Below, piece by piece: positions 1 through 11,722 of a stretch of 64,000 bases of DNA. This stretch comes from an uncultured Verrucomicrobiae bacterium (lineage in GTDB: Bacteria > Verrucomicrobiota > Verrucomicrobiia > Chthoniobacterales > UBA10450). The notes under the pieces are model-generated. The model saw only the letters and a list, made by a program, of their open reading frames with translations. It had not been told where the DNA came from and did not search any database. The first letter of the stretch is position 1; the number at the start of each line of letters is the position of its first letter. The DNA is taken from assembly GCA_963815455.1 (NCBI GenBank), contig CAWFGO010000001.1:800001-864000 (forward strand). Direction: 5' to 3'. Made by a program: the position numbers and the translations under genes.

Positions 1-29
1 CGCCTCACAGAGACGGCCTACAGTTAAAA

Positions 30-1814
30 ATGGTGAATTTCCGGTGTACGCACGGAGAAGATCGACAGGAACGCGATGGCGTTTATTTTGACCCAATGCA
101 TGACGTCGCTTTTAAAAATTCGCCTCTCGTAAATTTCGCCCTCAAAGAGAGCCAGGAAAAAATGCTGGCTGCGTTGCGCGATATGCGTGGCCGCCTTGGC
201 CAAAAATTTCCGCTTGTCATCAATGGCGAAAAAATCTGGACCGATAAACTAACGCCTTCGGTTAACCCGAGCATGCCGGAACAAATTGTCGGGTACGCGG
301 CGGAGGCGGGAATTCCCGAAGCGGAGCGCGCCGTGGGCGCCGCTCGAGCCGCGTTTGCGAAGTGGAGCCGCACCCCAGTCGAAACCCGCGCGAGCTTGCT
401 CGAACGCGTCGCCGCGATTCTCGACCGCCGTCGCTACGAACTTTCCGCGCTCGAAGTATTCGAAGTCGGCAAACCGTGGGGCGAAGCGGATGGCGATATT
501 CGCGAGGCGATCGATTTTTGCAATTTCTATGCGCATCACATGCGCCTGATCGGCCGGCCCCGGCTTACCCAACAGGTTCCCGGCGAAGAAAGTTATCAGC
601 ACTACTGGCCGCGCGGGGTCGCCCTTGTCATCGCGCCCTGGAATTTCCCGATGGCGATCCTGACCGGAATGGTGACCGCCGCGCTGGTCACGGGCAACAC
701 CGTGATCATGAAACCATCCGAGCAATCGCTCTGCATCGGCGGGATGCTCATGGAAATTTTCGAGGAAGCCGGCATACCGCCCGGCGTGTTGAATTTTATC
801 AATGGCCGCGGCTCGATCGTCGGCGCGCACATGGTCGATCATAAAGATGTCGATCTTATTGCCTTCACCGGGTCGCGCGAGGTCGGATTGATGATTTACG
901 AAAGCGCCGGCAAAACGCGCGAGGGTCAGCGCGAGCTGAAGCGCGTCATTTGCGAGATGGGCGGCAAGAACGCCATGATCGTCGATTCCGATGCCGATCT
1001 CGATGAAGCAATCATCGATTCGATTTACTCCGCTTTCGGCTTTCAGGGACAGAAATGCTCCGCGCTTTCGCGACTGATCGTCCTGGAAGAAAACTACGAC
1101 CGTGTAATGGAACGATTGCTTTCCGCGGCGGCTAGTTTGCGCGTTGGCAATCCGGAGGAACCGGGCATCGTCGTTGGCCCGGTCATCGACAAAGCCGCTT
1201 ACAATCGGATCCTGGAGTACATCGACATCGGCAAGAGCGAAGCGACACTCGCTTATCAAGCGAAAGATCTGCCGCCGAAGGGATACTTCATTCCCCCAAC
1301 GATTTTCACAGACGTGAAACCCAACATGCGAATCGCCCGCGAAGAAATCTTCGGTCCGGTGCTGAGCGTCATCAAAGTCCGGGACCTCGACGAAGCGATC
1401 GAAGTCGCCAACGGCACCGATTACGCGTTAACCGGCGGCTTTTTCTCGCGCAGCCCGGCCAACATCGAGCGGGTGAAAGCGCAATTGGAAGCGGGCAACG
1501 TTTACATCAACCGCTCCTGCACCGGCGCAGTCGTCGGACGCCATCCCTTCGGCGGATTCAAGATGAGCGGCGGCGGCACCAAAGCCGGCGGCGTCGATTA
1601 TCTCCTGAATTTCCTCGTCCCGCGCATCGTCACCGAAAACATCATGCGCCACGGCTTCGCCCCGAAGAAACGCCGGAACATGCGCGACCTGGCCAGAACC
1701 GGCACGCACGTGCCTGTGGGGCTGGCGGGCGATTACGCTTCCACAATGAAACGACGGCTGCCGCTTCTGTGGTTTTCGCTTCACAATTCGGCGCGTTTAC
1801 ATCAGAATCTGTAA
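30..1814 (+). CDS. putA: Delta-1-pyrroline-5-carboxylate dehydrogenase domain (C-terminal part of PutA); 5' part probably outside the window, true C-terminus probably near 1670
   Basis: ALDH motifs IAPWNFPMAI, FTGSREVG, EMGGKN, FQGQKCSA, EEIFGPV; ends with the PutA-like TENIMRHGFAP. Confidence 0.85.
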   Translation: MVNFRCTHGEDRQERDGVYFDPMHDVAFKNSPLVNFALKESQEKMLAALRDMRGRLGQKFPLVINGEKIWTDKLTPSVNPSMPEQIVGYAAEAGIPEAERAVGAARAAFAKWSRTPVETRASLLERVAAILDRRRYELSALEVFEVGKPWGEADGDIREAIDFCNFYAHHMRLIGRPRLTQQVPGEESYQHYWPRGVALVIAPWNFPMAILTGMVTAALVTGNTVIMKPSEQSLCIGGMLMEIFEEAGIPPGVLNFINGRGSIVGAHMVDHKDVDLIAFTGSREVGLMIYESAGKTREGQRELKRVICEMGGKNAMIVDSDADLDEAIIDSIYSAFGFQGQKCSALSRLIVLEENYDRVMERLLSAAASLRVGNPEEPGIVVGPVIDKAAYNRILEYIDIGKSEATLAYQAKDLPPKGYFIPPTIFTDVKPNMRIAREEIFGPVLSVIKVRDLDEAIEVANGTDYALTGGFFSRSPANIERVKAQLEAGNVYINRSCTGAVVGRHPFGGFKMSGGGTKAGGVDYLLNFLVPRIVTENIMRHGFAPKKRRNMRDLARTGTHVPVGLAGDYASTMKRRLPLLWFSLHNSARLHQNL

Positions 1815-2583
1815 CTAGCCAAATCTTGTTTACGATGATTGAGCGATTCGTGATTGTAATAATACCACTTTATCCATACGGCTCGCAAAGGCGGCCGAGC
1901 CCAGCAAGGCTGATCTCAGAAAAGCGATTTACCGAACGAATAGTCGATGGCGTAAGCGAGAGGGCGCGCAAACAAATTTATGGGGCGATGTTCTCGTTGC
2001 CGAAGTCCCTACGGGAAGCATGCATCCACCAGCATCTGCTGTTGGCGATTGGCGACTAATTCCTTCAGTTGGGAACACTGTGACAGAAATGATTCAGACT
2101 CCAGCGTCTGCGACGACCGCCTGCACATTTGGCGCTTGAATCAGGATGCGCTGACTCGGTACCAGAGCATTACGCATGCGTTGAGATGAATGGATACAGG
2201 CGGTCAATATATAATGGCATTGATTTCTTTTTGGCCGGGAAAGCCGACAGGGTGGACGAAAATCAGATAGTGCAGTTCACAAAGTTGAGCGCGAAGGCTT
2301 GTCGCTTGCCATCTTGGAAGGAGGATGGCGAAGTAAGGAAACTGGACTTCGCCTCCTCGCGACCGAACTTCCTCGCCGCCGCATCGTACAAAAACATGTC
2401 ATGCTCTTCCCATCGGTGCCGCCGAAGAGCAAACCCGCGACACCGCGCCAAATTTCTTTGGCCAAACTAATCGTAACACAGGATAAACAGGATCGACATC
2501 CGACTCCTTCCCGGTGATCTCAGCGTCCTCAGTGGTCAATCATCTTCCTGTTCGGCTTGATGCGTTCAGCTTCGCTGCATAGA

Positions 2584-2809
2584 ATGCTGCTCGTGAGTGA
2601 TGCAATCCAGAGTCTGAAGCGATTGCCTGTCTCTAGCGGATTCAACTCGTCGAAGATCTGTGGGACAGCATTGCCGAAGATTCCGCGGGAATAGGCCTTA
2701 CTCCGGAGCATATTCCGAACTCGACCGACGATTGGACGCGTTGGAGGCGCAGCCAAGAGCCGGAACTCCCTGGGAAATCGCTCGTGAGCGTATTCTGGCA
2801 AGCCTGTGA
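2584..2809 (+). CDS. Addiction-module antitoxin (TIGR02574-like), frameshifted in this sequence; not in ORF track
   Basis: Manual translation across two indels: MLLVSDAIQSLKRLPVS/RIQLVEDLWDSIAEDSAGIGLTPEH/ELDRRLDALEAQPRAGTPWEIARERILASL*; stop overlaps the toxin start (GTGA). Confidence 0.8.
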
Positions 2810-3107
2810 GCTTGCCGGTAATCACGCGCGCCGAGGCCGAAGCCGACATTGCTGAAGCCGCGATTTGGTATGAGCGTCGCTGCGCCGGCTTGGGCGCCGA
2901 GTTCGTGCGTAGCGTTGATGCTTGCTTTGCTCTTATTTCACGGCAACCGGAAGTCTTCCCGTAGTTTATCGTCAAGCTCGCCTGGGGCTCCTGCGAAAGT
3001 TTCCATACCTCGTAATCTATCGCGTTTTCCCGGACTTTGCTTCTGTCGTCGGCGTCATGCATGAGCGGCGTCATCCACGCCGCTGGAAATCGAGAATCAT
3101 CGAATAA
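2806..3107 (+). CDS. ParE/RelE-family toxin, one frameshift
   Basis: MSLPVITRAEAEADIAEAAIWYERRCAGLGAEFVRSVDACFALISRQPEVFP/VVYRQARLGLLRKFPYLVIYRV...VMHERRHPRRWKSR. Confidence 0.85.
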
Positions 3108-3141
3108 GCGCGGCTCCTGCGCTCGAAGCGAGGCACCGAAA

Positions 3142-3435
3142 CTAATCCAGCGGCCGCCCCTTGATGAGCAACTTCACGACGACGATGAGCATGTAGATCA
3201 CCGGCCAGGCGGCAGCTAGAACGACGAGACCAAACACCCACATCTCCTTGGCTCGTTCGCGGGCGCAGACCGTCATGAATTCCCGGCTGAGACTGTAAAA
3301 GTCGCGCGCTCGGGCTTTGTCTTCGTCATCATCGGGCGAATAGCCTCGCCACGTACCGATCGCCGATTGAAAATAGTAATCCGTCGGCGGGAAATGCCGC
3401 CTTGCATCGGCTGCGGAGTGAAACGTCGGTTTCAT
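3142..3435 (-). CDS. Small hypothetical protein with a C-terminal transmembrane helix
   Basis: ORF MKPTFHS...EMWVFGLVVLAAAWPVIYMLIVVVKLL; start codon uncertain. Confidence 0.6.
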   Translation of the reverse strand: MKPTFHSAADARRHFPPTDYYFQSAIGTWRGYSPDDDEDKARARDFYSLSREFMTVCARERAKEMWVFGLVVLAAAWPVIYMLIVVVKLLIKGRPLD

Positions 3436-3623
3436 CGCCTTGGAGCGACAGCTTGGATCGTGCTCAATCATGCCACAGGAATCGGCATTTGAAAGTCCGA
3501 GCGCGTAGCGTTTGTGCGCTGAGGATAACGCACGCTACAGCCTCGCTCACAACCCGCACCGACTGGCGTTTCCGCCTGATTTAGCGCCCAAAATGGCATC
3601 AGGAGTGCTTTCTAGTAATTATA

Positions 3624-4277
3624 ATGCACCCGCGCAAACTGTTCCTTCCCCTCGCTTTACTCTCCTGCCAGATCCTTAATGCCGCTGACGATTCAGCGCC
3701 GTCCGTTTCGGCCAGTGCAGTTATTGCCGAGATGAATCTTGCCCGGCAAAATCCGGCCCTTTACGCAAATTACGTCGAAGAATTGCGTCCTTATTACAAC
3801 GGCAACCTTCTCGTCCTGCCGGGCCACACGAGGATTTACACCAAGGAAGGCGTAAGAGCATTGAACGACGCTGTGCGCTTTCTTCGCTCCACCAGACCGC
3901 TCCAACCCTTCATTCTCTCCCCCGGGATGTGCAAAAGCGCAGCCGACCATTGCGCAGACCAGGCGAGCGGCCGGTTAGGACACAACGGCACCGACGGCAG
4001 CAGCCCCGGCCGGCGCATGAGTCGCTATGGCGTCTGGGGTTCGAGCTGGGGCGAAAATATTTCCTACGGAAAAACAACTGCGCGCGAGATTGTCCTCCAG
4101 TTGATCATCGACGACGGCCTCCCGGCCAGGAAACACCGGAAGAACATCTTCAACTCGAATTTTAATTACGCGGGCGCGGCTTACGGTCCGCATGCCCGTT
4201 ACCATTGCATTTGCAACATCGACTTCGCCGGCGCGTATGCCGAGCGCGGCCAGCCGCTCGTCGCGCGCAATTATTAA
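3624..4277 (+). CDS. Secreted CAP (SCP/PR-1) domain protein
   Basis: Signal peptide; AADHCADQ...GH, GENISYG, HRKNIFN motifs. Confidence 0.85.
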   Translation: MHPRKLFLPLALLSCQILNAADDSAPSVSASAVIAEMNLARQNPALYANYVEELRPYYNGNLLVLPGHTRIYTKEGVRALNDAVRFLRSTRPLQPFILSPGMCKSAADHCADQASGRLGHNGTDGSSPGRRMSRYGVWGSSWGENISYGKTTAREIVLQLIIDDGLPARKHRKNIFNSNFNYAGAAYGPHARYHCICNIDFAGAYAERGQPLVARNY

Positions 4278-4314
4278 CCCGCAGGTCGGAAACACATTTT
4301 AGCCCCGCGCGTCG

Positions 4315-4368
4315 TGTCATCCTGAGCGCAGCGAAGAACCGAGATCCTTCGCTCCGCTCGGGATGACA
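4315..4368. repeat. GTCATC...GATGAC palindromic repeat, copy 1
   Basis: tgtcatcctgagcgcagcgaag...cttcgctccgctcgggatgaca inverted arms. Confidence 0.85.
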
Positions 4369-4405
4369 GCGCTTGCTCGCCGTTCGAAAATCGAAAATCT
4401 CTGTT

Positions 4406-5988
<1,583 letters not shown>

Positions 5989-6027
5989 GACGTTGTCGAT
6001 GATGCCGCCAAGCGCTAAACTCCCTCT

Positions 6028-6245
6028 GTGAAATTGACGGCAATTTACGAGGAAGTTGCAGGGGGCTACATCGGTTACGTTCAAGAGTTGCCCGGCGCGA
6101 ATACACAAGGTGCGACTCTGGAGGAGACGCGCGCAAACTTGAAGGAGGCAGTGGAATGGTTCTTGATGCCAACCGCGAGCTGGCAGAAAAAGAGATCGCG
6201 GGGCGAAACGTCACCCGTGAACCATTCGAGTTAACCCCCGCGTGA
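6028..6245 (+). CDS. hicB: HicB-family antitoxin (one frameshift)
   Basis: ELPGANTQGATLEETRANLKEAVE/VLDANRELAE. Confidence 0.8.
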
Positions 6246-6428
6246 AACGGCGCGAGCTGTTGCGCCATCTTGAATCACATGGTTGCGGGTTTTTGCGCGA
6301 AGGCGGCAATCACACAATTTATCGTTAATCCCCAGAGCAAGAAAGTCTCTGCAGTTCCGCGACATCGTGAAATCTTCGGGCGGCTCGTGCTCAAGATTTG
6401 CCGAGATTTGGGAATTCCGAAGCCATAG
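6242..6428 (+). CDS. hicA: HicA-family mRNA interferase toxin (one frameshift; not in ORF track)
   Basis: MKRRELLRHLESHGCGFLREGGNHTIY/VNPQSKKVSAVPRHREIFGRLVLKICRDLGIPKP*; GTGA overlap with hicB. Confidence 0.85.
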
Positions 6429-6472
6429 GCGCTGTTGACGGGACAACCGGTGCTGTTTATTCCGCATTGGCC

Positions 6473-6718
6473 GTGGAATTGAAGCTTTATAGCCGCGAAT
6501 GGTGCTCCTGGTGCATTGACGCGAAGGACTATCTCACCGAGAGAGGGTACCGCTTTCAGGAGATCGACGTGGGCCAGGATCGACAAGCGTACGAGGAAAT
6601 GAAGGAGCTTTCAGATCAAACTTACGTGCCGACCTTCGTGGCCGGCGACAAAGTGCTGGCCAATTTCGATACCGATGCGCTGGAGAAATTCCTGCGCGAG
6701 CACGAGATCAATCCCTAA
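6473..6718 (+). CDS. Glutaredoxin-family protein
   Basis: CSWC active site, TYVPTF motif; start codon uncertain. Confidence 0.85.
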   Translation: MELKLYSREWCSWCIDAKDYLTERGYRFQEIDVGQDRQAYEEMKELSDQTYVPTFVAGDKVLANFDTDALEKFLREHEINP

Positions 6719-7533
6719 TGCTCTTTGCCCTTTTCCTCACGCTCGGCGTGGCAGTGCTTAGTGTCGCCCTGCGCAGCTTTGAATCGTCCTTCTCGCAAAA
6801 GGCCGGCGCGCTCGGGATCCTGATCTCGTCATATCTCGCGGTTTTCTTCATCACCGGCAGCCAGGCCCTCGGCGCGGTCGCGGCGTTAAGCTGGCTTTTC
6901 TTGCCCTGGCTGGAAATTCTCACTCGCATCCGCACTCTTCGGTTGCCGAAAGAAAAACAACTCCGCCCCAAAAGTCCGCCCTCGGCCGACACATTTCCTA
7001 CGCTCGACGACATTAGCCGTGAGATCGAAAACGAAGGCTTCGTTCACATCAATGATGCTGGCTGGGACTGGGAAGATTACCGGCAATTTTTCCGCCTGTT
7101 TTACAAGGACGAAGACCGGGCCCAGGCCACGATTTGTCTGAATGAGCAGAACGATCTTTCATTTTATTATTTGCGGATTTCGTCGCGGGCCAAGAGCGGC
7201 ACGATCTGGACGACGTGGAATTATCCGCTCTCCTACGGGTTGAAATTGACGCCGCAATTTCGGATCAATCGACAAGCGCCCGACCAAACGTTCTGGCAGC
7301 TTTACCAGAGCCATCGCGAGTTTCTCCGGACCAACGAGGTTGACGAAGCCGCCATCGAGGCCCTCGACGAAGACCGGATACAAACTGAGATGGAGAAAGA
7401 TTTGCGCGATCAAATCGCGCACAACATCGACAAGGGCGTGCTTCGCCAGACAGCCGAAGGCGAGGTCAAATATTCCTGGCGCGGAATGTTGTATCTCTGG
7501 TGCCAGTTCCTGCTCGATCTGGTGCGGCTGTAG
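6718..7533 (+). CDS. Hypothetical membrane-anchored protein
   Basis: 271-aa ORF with N-terminal hydrophobic helices, translationally coupled to the glutaredoxin (TAATG). Confidence 0.75.
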   Translation: MLFALFLTLGVAVLSVALRSFESSFSQKAGALGILISSYLAVFFITGSQALGAVAALSWLFLPWLEILTRIRTLRLPKEKQLRPKSPPSADTFPTLDDISREIENEGFVHINDAGWDWEDYRQFFRLFYKDEDRAQATICLNEQNDLSFYYLRISSRAKSGTIWTTWNYPLSYGLKLTPQFRINRQAPDQTFWQLYQSHREFLRTNEVDEAAIEALDEDRIQTEMEKDLRDQIAHNIDKGVLRQTAEGEVKYSWRGMLYLWCQFLLDLVRL

Positions 7534-7590
7534 CTCTTGCCCTTAAACCTCGTTTCATTGGAGAGGAGAGGCAGAGGAAGAGCAAGATGC

Positions 7591-8151
7591 CTAAACCTTC
7601 ATGATCTCAGCTTCTTTATGCTTGAGATGATCGTCGATCGATTTGACGAAGCGATCGGTCAGCTTTTGCACTTCATCTTCCGCATCGCGCAAGCCGTCTT
7701 CGGTCAACACACCCGAAGCTTTGAGTTTCTTGGCTTCGTCGAGCCCGGCGCGCCGGTTCGCGCGCACGCGAACACGGGCTTCCTCCGCCATTTTACTTAA
7801 CGATTTCACCAAATCTTTGCGCCGTTCTTCGGACAACTCCGGAATCGGCAGCCGAATTATTTTCCCATCGACAGCGGGCATGATCCCGATCTTCGATTCG
7901 TTCAACGCCCGCTCGATGTCCTGAACGGTGCTGGCGTCGAACGGCTGCACCACCAGCAACCGCGGCTCGGGCGTGGTGATCAAGGCAAGCTGTTTCAGTT
8001 TCATTGTCGATCCGTAAGCTTGCACGTCGATGTTCTCGACCAGCGCGGGCGACGCTTTCCCGGTGCGCACGGAGGAAAATTCGTGAATGAGATAATCGAC
8101 GCTTTTCTCCATCGACATCTCGGCTTCCAAAAGAATGTCGTCTTTGCTCAT
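7591..8151 (-). CDS. frr: Ribosome recycling factor
   Basis: [37 protein letters not shown]. Confidence 0.97.
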   Translation of the reverse strand: MSKDDILLEAEMSMEKSVDYLIHEFSSVRTGKASPALVENIDVQAYGSTMKLKQLALITTPEPRLLVVQPFDASTVQDIERALNESKIGIMPAVDGKIIRLPIPELSEERRKDLVKSLSKMAEEARVRVRANRRAGLDEAKKLKASGVLTEDGLRDAEDEVQKLTDRFVKSIDDHLKHKEAEIMKV

Positions 8152-8903
8152 GTGTTTGATTTTTCCGCCGAACGCGCCTCGTCGCAAACGAGTGTGCCGA
8201 CTTTTTTGCCCAGCACGGCTTCGCGCAGGATGCCGGGTTTATACATGTCGAACACCACGATCGGGATTTTGTTGTCCATGCAAAGACTAAACGCGGTTGA
8301 ATCCATGATTTGCAACCGTTTCGTCAGCGCTTCGGTAAAGGTGATCTGGTCGTAGCGTTTCGCATCGGGATGCTTGGTCGGGTCGCGATCGTAAACGCCG
8401 TCCACTTTCGTCGCTTTAAGGATGACATCGGCCCGGATTTCGCTGGCCCGCAACGCCGCGGTGGTGTCGGTTGAAAAATATGGATTGCCAGTGCCGGCGG
8501 CGAAAATTACCACCCGGCCGACTTCAAGATGTCGAATGGCGCGCCCGAGGATGAATGGCTCGGCCACATTTTTCATTTCGATCGCGGTCTGCACCCGGGT
8601 ATCGACGCTCATCTGGGACAGCGCGCTCCGTAGTGCCAGCGCGTTGATGACCGTGGCGAGCATACCCATGTAATCGGCCGTGGTGCGGTCCATGCCCCGA
8701 TGCGACGCAGAAAGCCCGCGCCAGATGTTTCCGCCGCCGATTACGATCGCAATTTGCACCCCAAGATCGCGCACCTCCTTGATCCGCTCTGCGATCTCCC
8801 GCACCACAGCCGGCGAAATGTTGTCCCGCGCGTCGCGTTCCTGCAGGGATTCGCCGCTCAGTTTCAGCACGATCCGTTTATAAGCCGGCGCTTCCGTCTT
8901 CAT
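8148..8903 (-). CDS. pyrH: UMP kinase
   Basis: [38 protein letters not shown]. Confidence 0.97.
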   Translation of the reverse strand: MKTEAPAYKRIVLKLSGESLQERDARDNISPAVVREIAERIKEVRDLGVQIAIVIGGGNIWRGLSASHRGMDRTTADYMGMLATVINALALRSALSQMSVDTRVQTAIEMKNVAEPFILGRAIRHLEVGRVVIFAAGTGNPYFSTDTTAALRASEIRADVILKATKVDGVYDRDPTKHPDAKRYDQITFTEALTKRLQIMDSTAFSLCMDNKIPIVVFDMYKPGILREAVLGKKVGTLVCDEARSAEKSNT

Positions 8904-8979
8904 GGGCAGCGCAAATGAAACAGGAGAGACCGATATTTGGAAAGCAAAATGGTGGATCGACATCTGAACGTCGCTCGGG

Positions 8980-9115
8980 TCTGGGGAGCACAGGCTGCCA
9001 GCCTGTCCATCTCGGCAGCTTGCCGAGATGCTTTGTCACTCGCGCGAAATGAATTCCTTCGAATGTTGTCGGCAGGCTGCCGGCAACTACAGGCCAGCGG
9101 CCTGTGCTCCCCAGA
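8980..9115. repeat. Intergenic MITE-like palindromic element with about 27-nt terminal inverted repeats
   Basis: tctggggagcacaggctgccagcctgt ... acaggccagcggcctgtgctccccaga, with an internal hairpin catctcggcagcttgccgagatg. Confidence 0.75.
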
Positions 9116-9116
9116 A

Positions 9117-10034
9117 TCAGCGCGCCGCGTCAATAATCGAAGCGTGCCCGCGCAAGAATTCCACGGCGCTCATTCGCTTTCTTCCTTCCAATTGAACGTC
9201 ACGCAATGACAGAGCGCCTTTTCCGGCCGCGATGATCAACTCGCTTTCGCTTTTCAAAATCTCACCCGGCTTTCCGCCAAGATCGACAATCGACGCGGAA
9301 AAGATTTTCAGATTCCGTCCTTCCAGGTCCATGAACGCCCCGGGCCACGGATCGAACGCGCGAATTTTTCTCTCGATAACTTCCGCCGGTTCCGACCAAT
9401 CGATTCGGCCATGTTCGCGTTCCAATTTGGGCGCGTAAGTGGCGAGCGCTTTGTCCTGCGGAATGCGCGGCGCGTTTCCGCTGGAGAGCATGTCCAAGGA
9501 TTCGAGGCACGCATCCGGAGCGATTTCCCCCAGCCGATCATGGAGCAAGCCGCCAGTGTCATCGGAGCGGATGTCGATCTTGCGCTGTAAGAGTATGTCG
9601 CCGGTATCGAGTCCTTCATCCATGTACATGACGGTAATGCCGGTCTCGCCGTCGCCCGCCGCGATTGCCGCCTGAATCGGCGCCGCGCCGCGCCAACGTG
9701 GCAGAAGCGATGCGTGCAGATTTAAACAAGCCAGCCGGGGAATTTCGAGCACCTCGCGCGGCAGGATTTGCCCATAAGCCACCACCACAATCACCTCCGG
9801 CTTCAGTGCACGCATCTCTTCGATCGACTGTGGATCCTTTATTCGCGCAGGCTGCAAGATCGACATCGTCGTTCCCGCCAATGCTTTCTTGATGGGCGGC
9901 GGCTCGATGCGTTGCTCGCGTCCAACCGGTTTATCCGGTTGCGTCACGACAGCGACAACTTTGTGGTCGGATTTCAGCAAAGCCTGCAGTGCCGGCACGC
10001 CGATCTCGCCCGTGCCAATGAAGACGATGCGCAT
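9117..10034 (-). CDS. fmt: Methionyl-tRNA formyltransferase
   Basis: VVTQPDKPVGR, NLHASLLPRWRGAAPIQ, GLDTGD. Confidence 0.97.
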   Translation of the reverse strand: MRIVFIGTGEIGVPALQALLKSDHKVVAVVTQPDKPVGREQRIEPPPIKKALAGTTMSILQPARIKDPQSIEEMRALKPEVIVVVAYGQILPREVLEIPRLACLNLHASLLPRWRGAAPIQAAIAAGDGETGITVMYMDEGLDTGDILLQRKIDIRSDDTGGLLHDRLGEIAPDACLESLDMLSSGNAPRIPQDKALATYAPKLEREHGRIDWSEPAEVIERKIRAFDPWPGAFMDLEGRNLKIFSASIVDLGGKPGEILKSESELIIAAGKGALSLRDVQLEGRKRMSAVEFLRGHASIIDAAR

Positions 10035-10038
10035 TATC

Positions 10039-10284
10039 CTAACGAAGAGGAATTTTTGCCGGACCCCGACCGGGGCCTCGCCCAGGCATTCCCTGGGCCA
10101 TCAGTTTGTCGCCGGCGGTGATTTCACGCTGGCCGACCGACGATCCGCAGCCGGTGCAGAGGTAATCGAAAATCTCCTTGTCGGGCAGAATCAGGAGCAA
10201 CCGCTCGCGCACCGGCATCGCGGCTTTACATTTTTCGCAATAGAGGCTCGAGGCGGTGAAATTTTCAAACTGCTGCTGCTTCAT
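10039..10284 (-). CDS. Small putative zinc-ribbon protein
   Basis: CEKC...CTGC pair; lies between adk and fmt on the same strand. Confidence 0.7.
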   Translation of the reverse strand: MKQQQFENFTASSLYCEKCKAAMPVRERLLLILPDKEIFDYLCTGCGSSVGQREITAGDKLMAQGMPGRGPGRGPAKIPLR

Positions 10285-10864
10285 ACGCGCCGTTCATGCT
10301 GTGCAAGATGTCCAGCAGAACTTTGGCGGGCGGCTGAGTCGCGTCAATCACCGTGACAGTTTCCTTTGGGTAATAGCCCAGGACCGGTTTCGAATCTCCG
10401 TCGTAGATCTCCAGGCGGCGTTGGATCACTTCTTCATTGGCGTCATCGAGCCGGTTGTCCTTGAGGGCGCGTTTTTTCAATCGATAAAACAGCGTCTCGC
10501 GATTTGGGCAGGACAGGTGAAAAACTTTCTTCACGTCGATCATTTCCTCCATGATTTTCGCCTGACCGACGTTGCGCGGGATGCCATCGAGCACGAGGGC
10601 ATCGATGTCCGGTTTAAACTTGTGCGCCTCCACCGCGGCGTCGATGGCTGCCTTCCAAAGCTCGACCGTGATATCGTCGGGCACCAGCTGGCCTTTGCTT
10701 GAGTATTCGAGGAACGCTCTGCCCACTTTCGTGCGGGTGTCGATAGAGCGAAAAACGTCTCCGCACGGGCAGTGAAAAAAGCGCGGGATCGTGCCGAGCG
10801 TTTTGCCCTGGGTGCCCTTGCCGCTGCCGGGCGCGCCGAAGAGGATGAACGTGTTGTATTTCAT
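10265..10864 (-). CDS. adk: Adenylate kinase family (short-LID type)
   Basis: GAPGSGKGTQ, GQLVPD, LDGIPR, RLDDANEEVIQRRL. Confidence 0.9.
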   Translation of the reverse strand: MKYNTFILFGAPGSGKGTQGKTLGTIPRFFHCPCGDVFRSIDTRTKVGRAFLEYSSKGQLVPDDITVELWKAAIDAAVEAHKFKPDIDALVLDGIPRNVGQAKIMEEMIDVKKVFHLSCPNRETLFYRLKKRALKDNRLDDANEEVIQRRLEIYDGDSKPVLGYYPKETVTVIDATQPPAKVLLDILHSMNGAYEAAAV

Positions 10865-10913
10865 GGACGGAATTCGTTTATACCGCAAAAGGCCTTGGTT
10901 TAACAAGCCTCTC

Positions 10914-11033
10914 GTCATCCCGAGCGAAATCGCCTGCCGCGCCGTAGCTTTTTGCGAAGGCGGGAGGGATCCCGGAGTATTACCTTGAGGCTTACGGGAT
11001 CTTCCGACTTCGCTTCGCTCCGCTCAAGATGAC
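10914..11033. repeat. GTCATC...GATGAC repeat, copy 2, interrupted by a nested 32-nt element (10933-10964)
   Basis: gtcatcccgagcgaaatcg|cctgccgcgccgtagctttttgcgaaggcggg|agggatcccg...cgctcaagatgac. Confidence 0.8.
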
Positions 11034-11035
11034 AA

Positions 11036-11293
11036 TTACTTGCGCGTCGCCGCAGCCTCGACATTCACTCGCCGGCCACCGCGATCGAAACGGACGTTGC
11101 CATCAACCAGCGCGAAAATCGTGTAATCGCGACCGAGCCCGACATTCTTGCCAGGCAAAAACTTCGTCCCGCGCTGCCTGACAATGATGTTGCCGGCGAC
11201 AACCAGCTCGCTGCCGAATTTTTTCACACCGAGGCGTTTGCTGACGCTATCTCGCCCGTTCTTAACGCTGCCCTGTCCTTTTTTATGAGCCAT
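11036..11293 (-). CDS. rpmA: 50S ribosomal protein L27
   Basis: [16 protein letters not shown]...RQRGTKF. Confidence 0.98.
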   Translation of the reverse strand: MAHKKGQGSVKNGRDSVSKRLGVKKFGSELVVAGNIIVRQRGTKFLPGKNVGLGRDYTIFALVDGNVRFDRGGRRVNVEAAATRK

Positions 11294-11315
11294 TTGAAAA
11301 ACTTCGAGGTTGAGG

Positions 11316-11651
11316 CTAAGCCTTTTTCGATTTCGATCCGGCGCTGATCGATTTGATTTTCACCCGCGTCAATTTGCGCCGATGTCCGACGGTGCGGTGA
11401 TACCCTTTGCGCCGTCTGTATTTGAACGCGATTACCTTCTTGTCCTTCCGCTGCTCGACGACTTCCGCAGTCACTTTGGCCCCGGAAATAAGCGGATCTC
11501 CATGCGTCATGCTTTTCCCATCGGCAAACATCAGCACGTCGCCGAAGGTCGCGATCTTGCCCGGTTCGACCTCGAGAAGATCGACGTCGAGCGTATCGCC
11601 CTCCGCGACGCGAAATTGCCGCCCGCCAGTCTTAATAATTGCGTAAGCCAT
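11316..11651 (-). CDS. rplU: 50S ribosomal protein L21
   Basis: [28 protein letters not shown]. Confidence 0.97.
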   Translation of the reverse strand: MAYAIIKTGGRQFRVAEGDTLDVDLLEVEPGKIATFGDVLMFADGKSMTHGDPLISGAKVTAEVVEQRKDKKVIAFKYRRRKGYHRTVGHRRKLTRVKIKSISAGSKSKKA

Positions 11652-11722
11652 AAGCATTTTCCGGGGAGAAAAAGCCGCGCAAATTCACACAGATGGGCAG
11701 GCTTGGCAAGCTCAAAGTCCAA

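Noticed and set aside
3594..3609. Further sigma54-like GG-N10-GC motifs (here and 29056-29071 on the minus strand)
   Set aside because: The -12 elements deviate from TTGC and such matches arise by chance in GC-rich DNA; not supportable without a genome-wide model.
8900..9209. Short ORFs such as [15 protein letters not shown] and VILSEAKD (36129-36377)
   Set aside because: These are translations of intergenic palindromic repeats, not supported genes.
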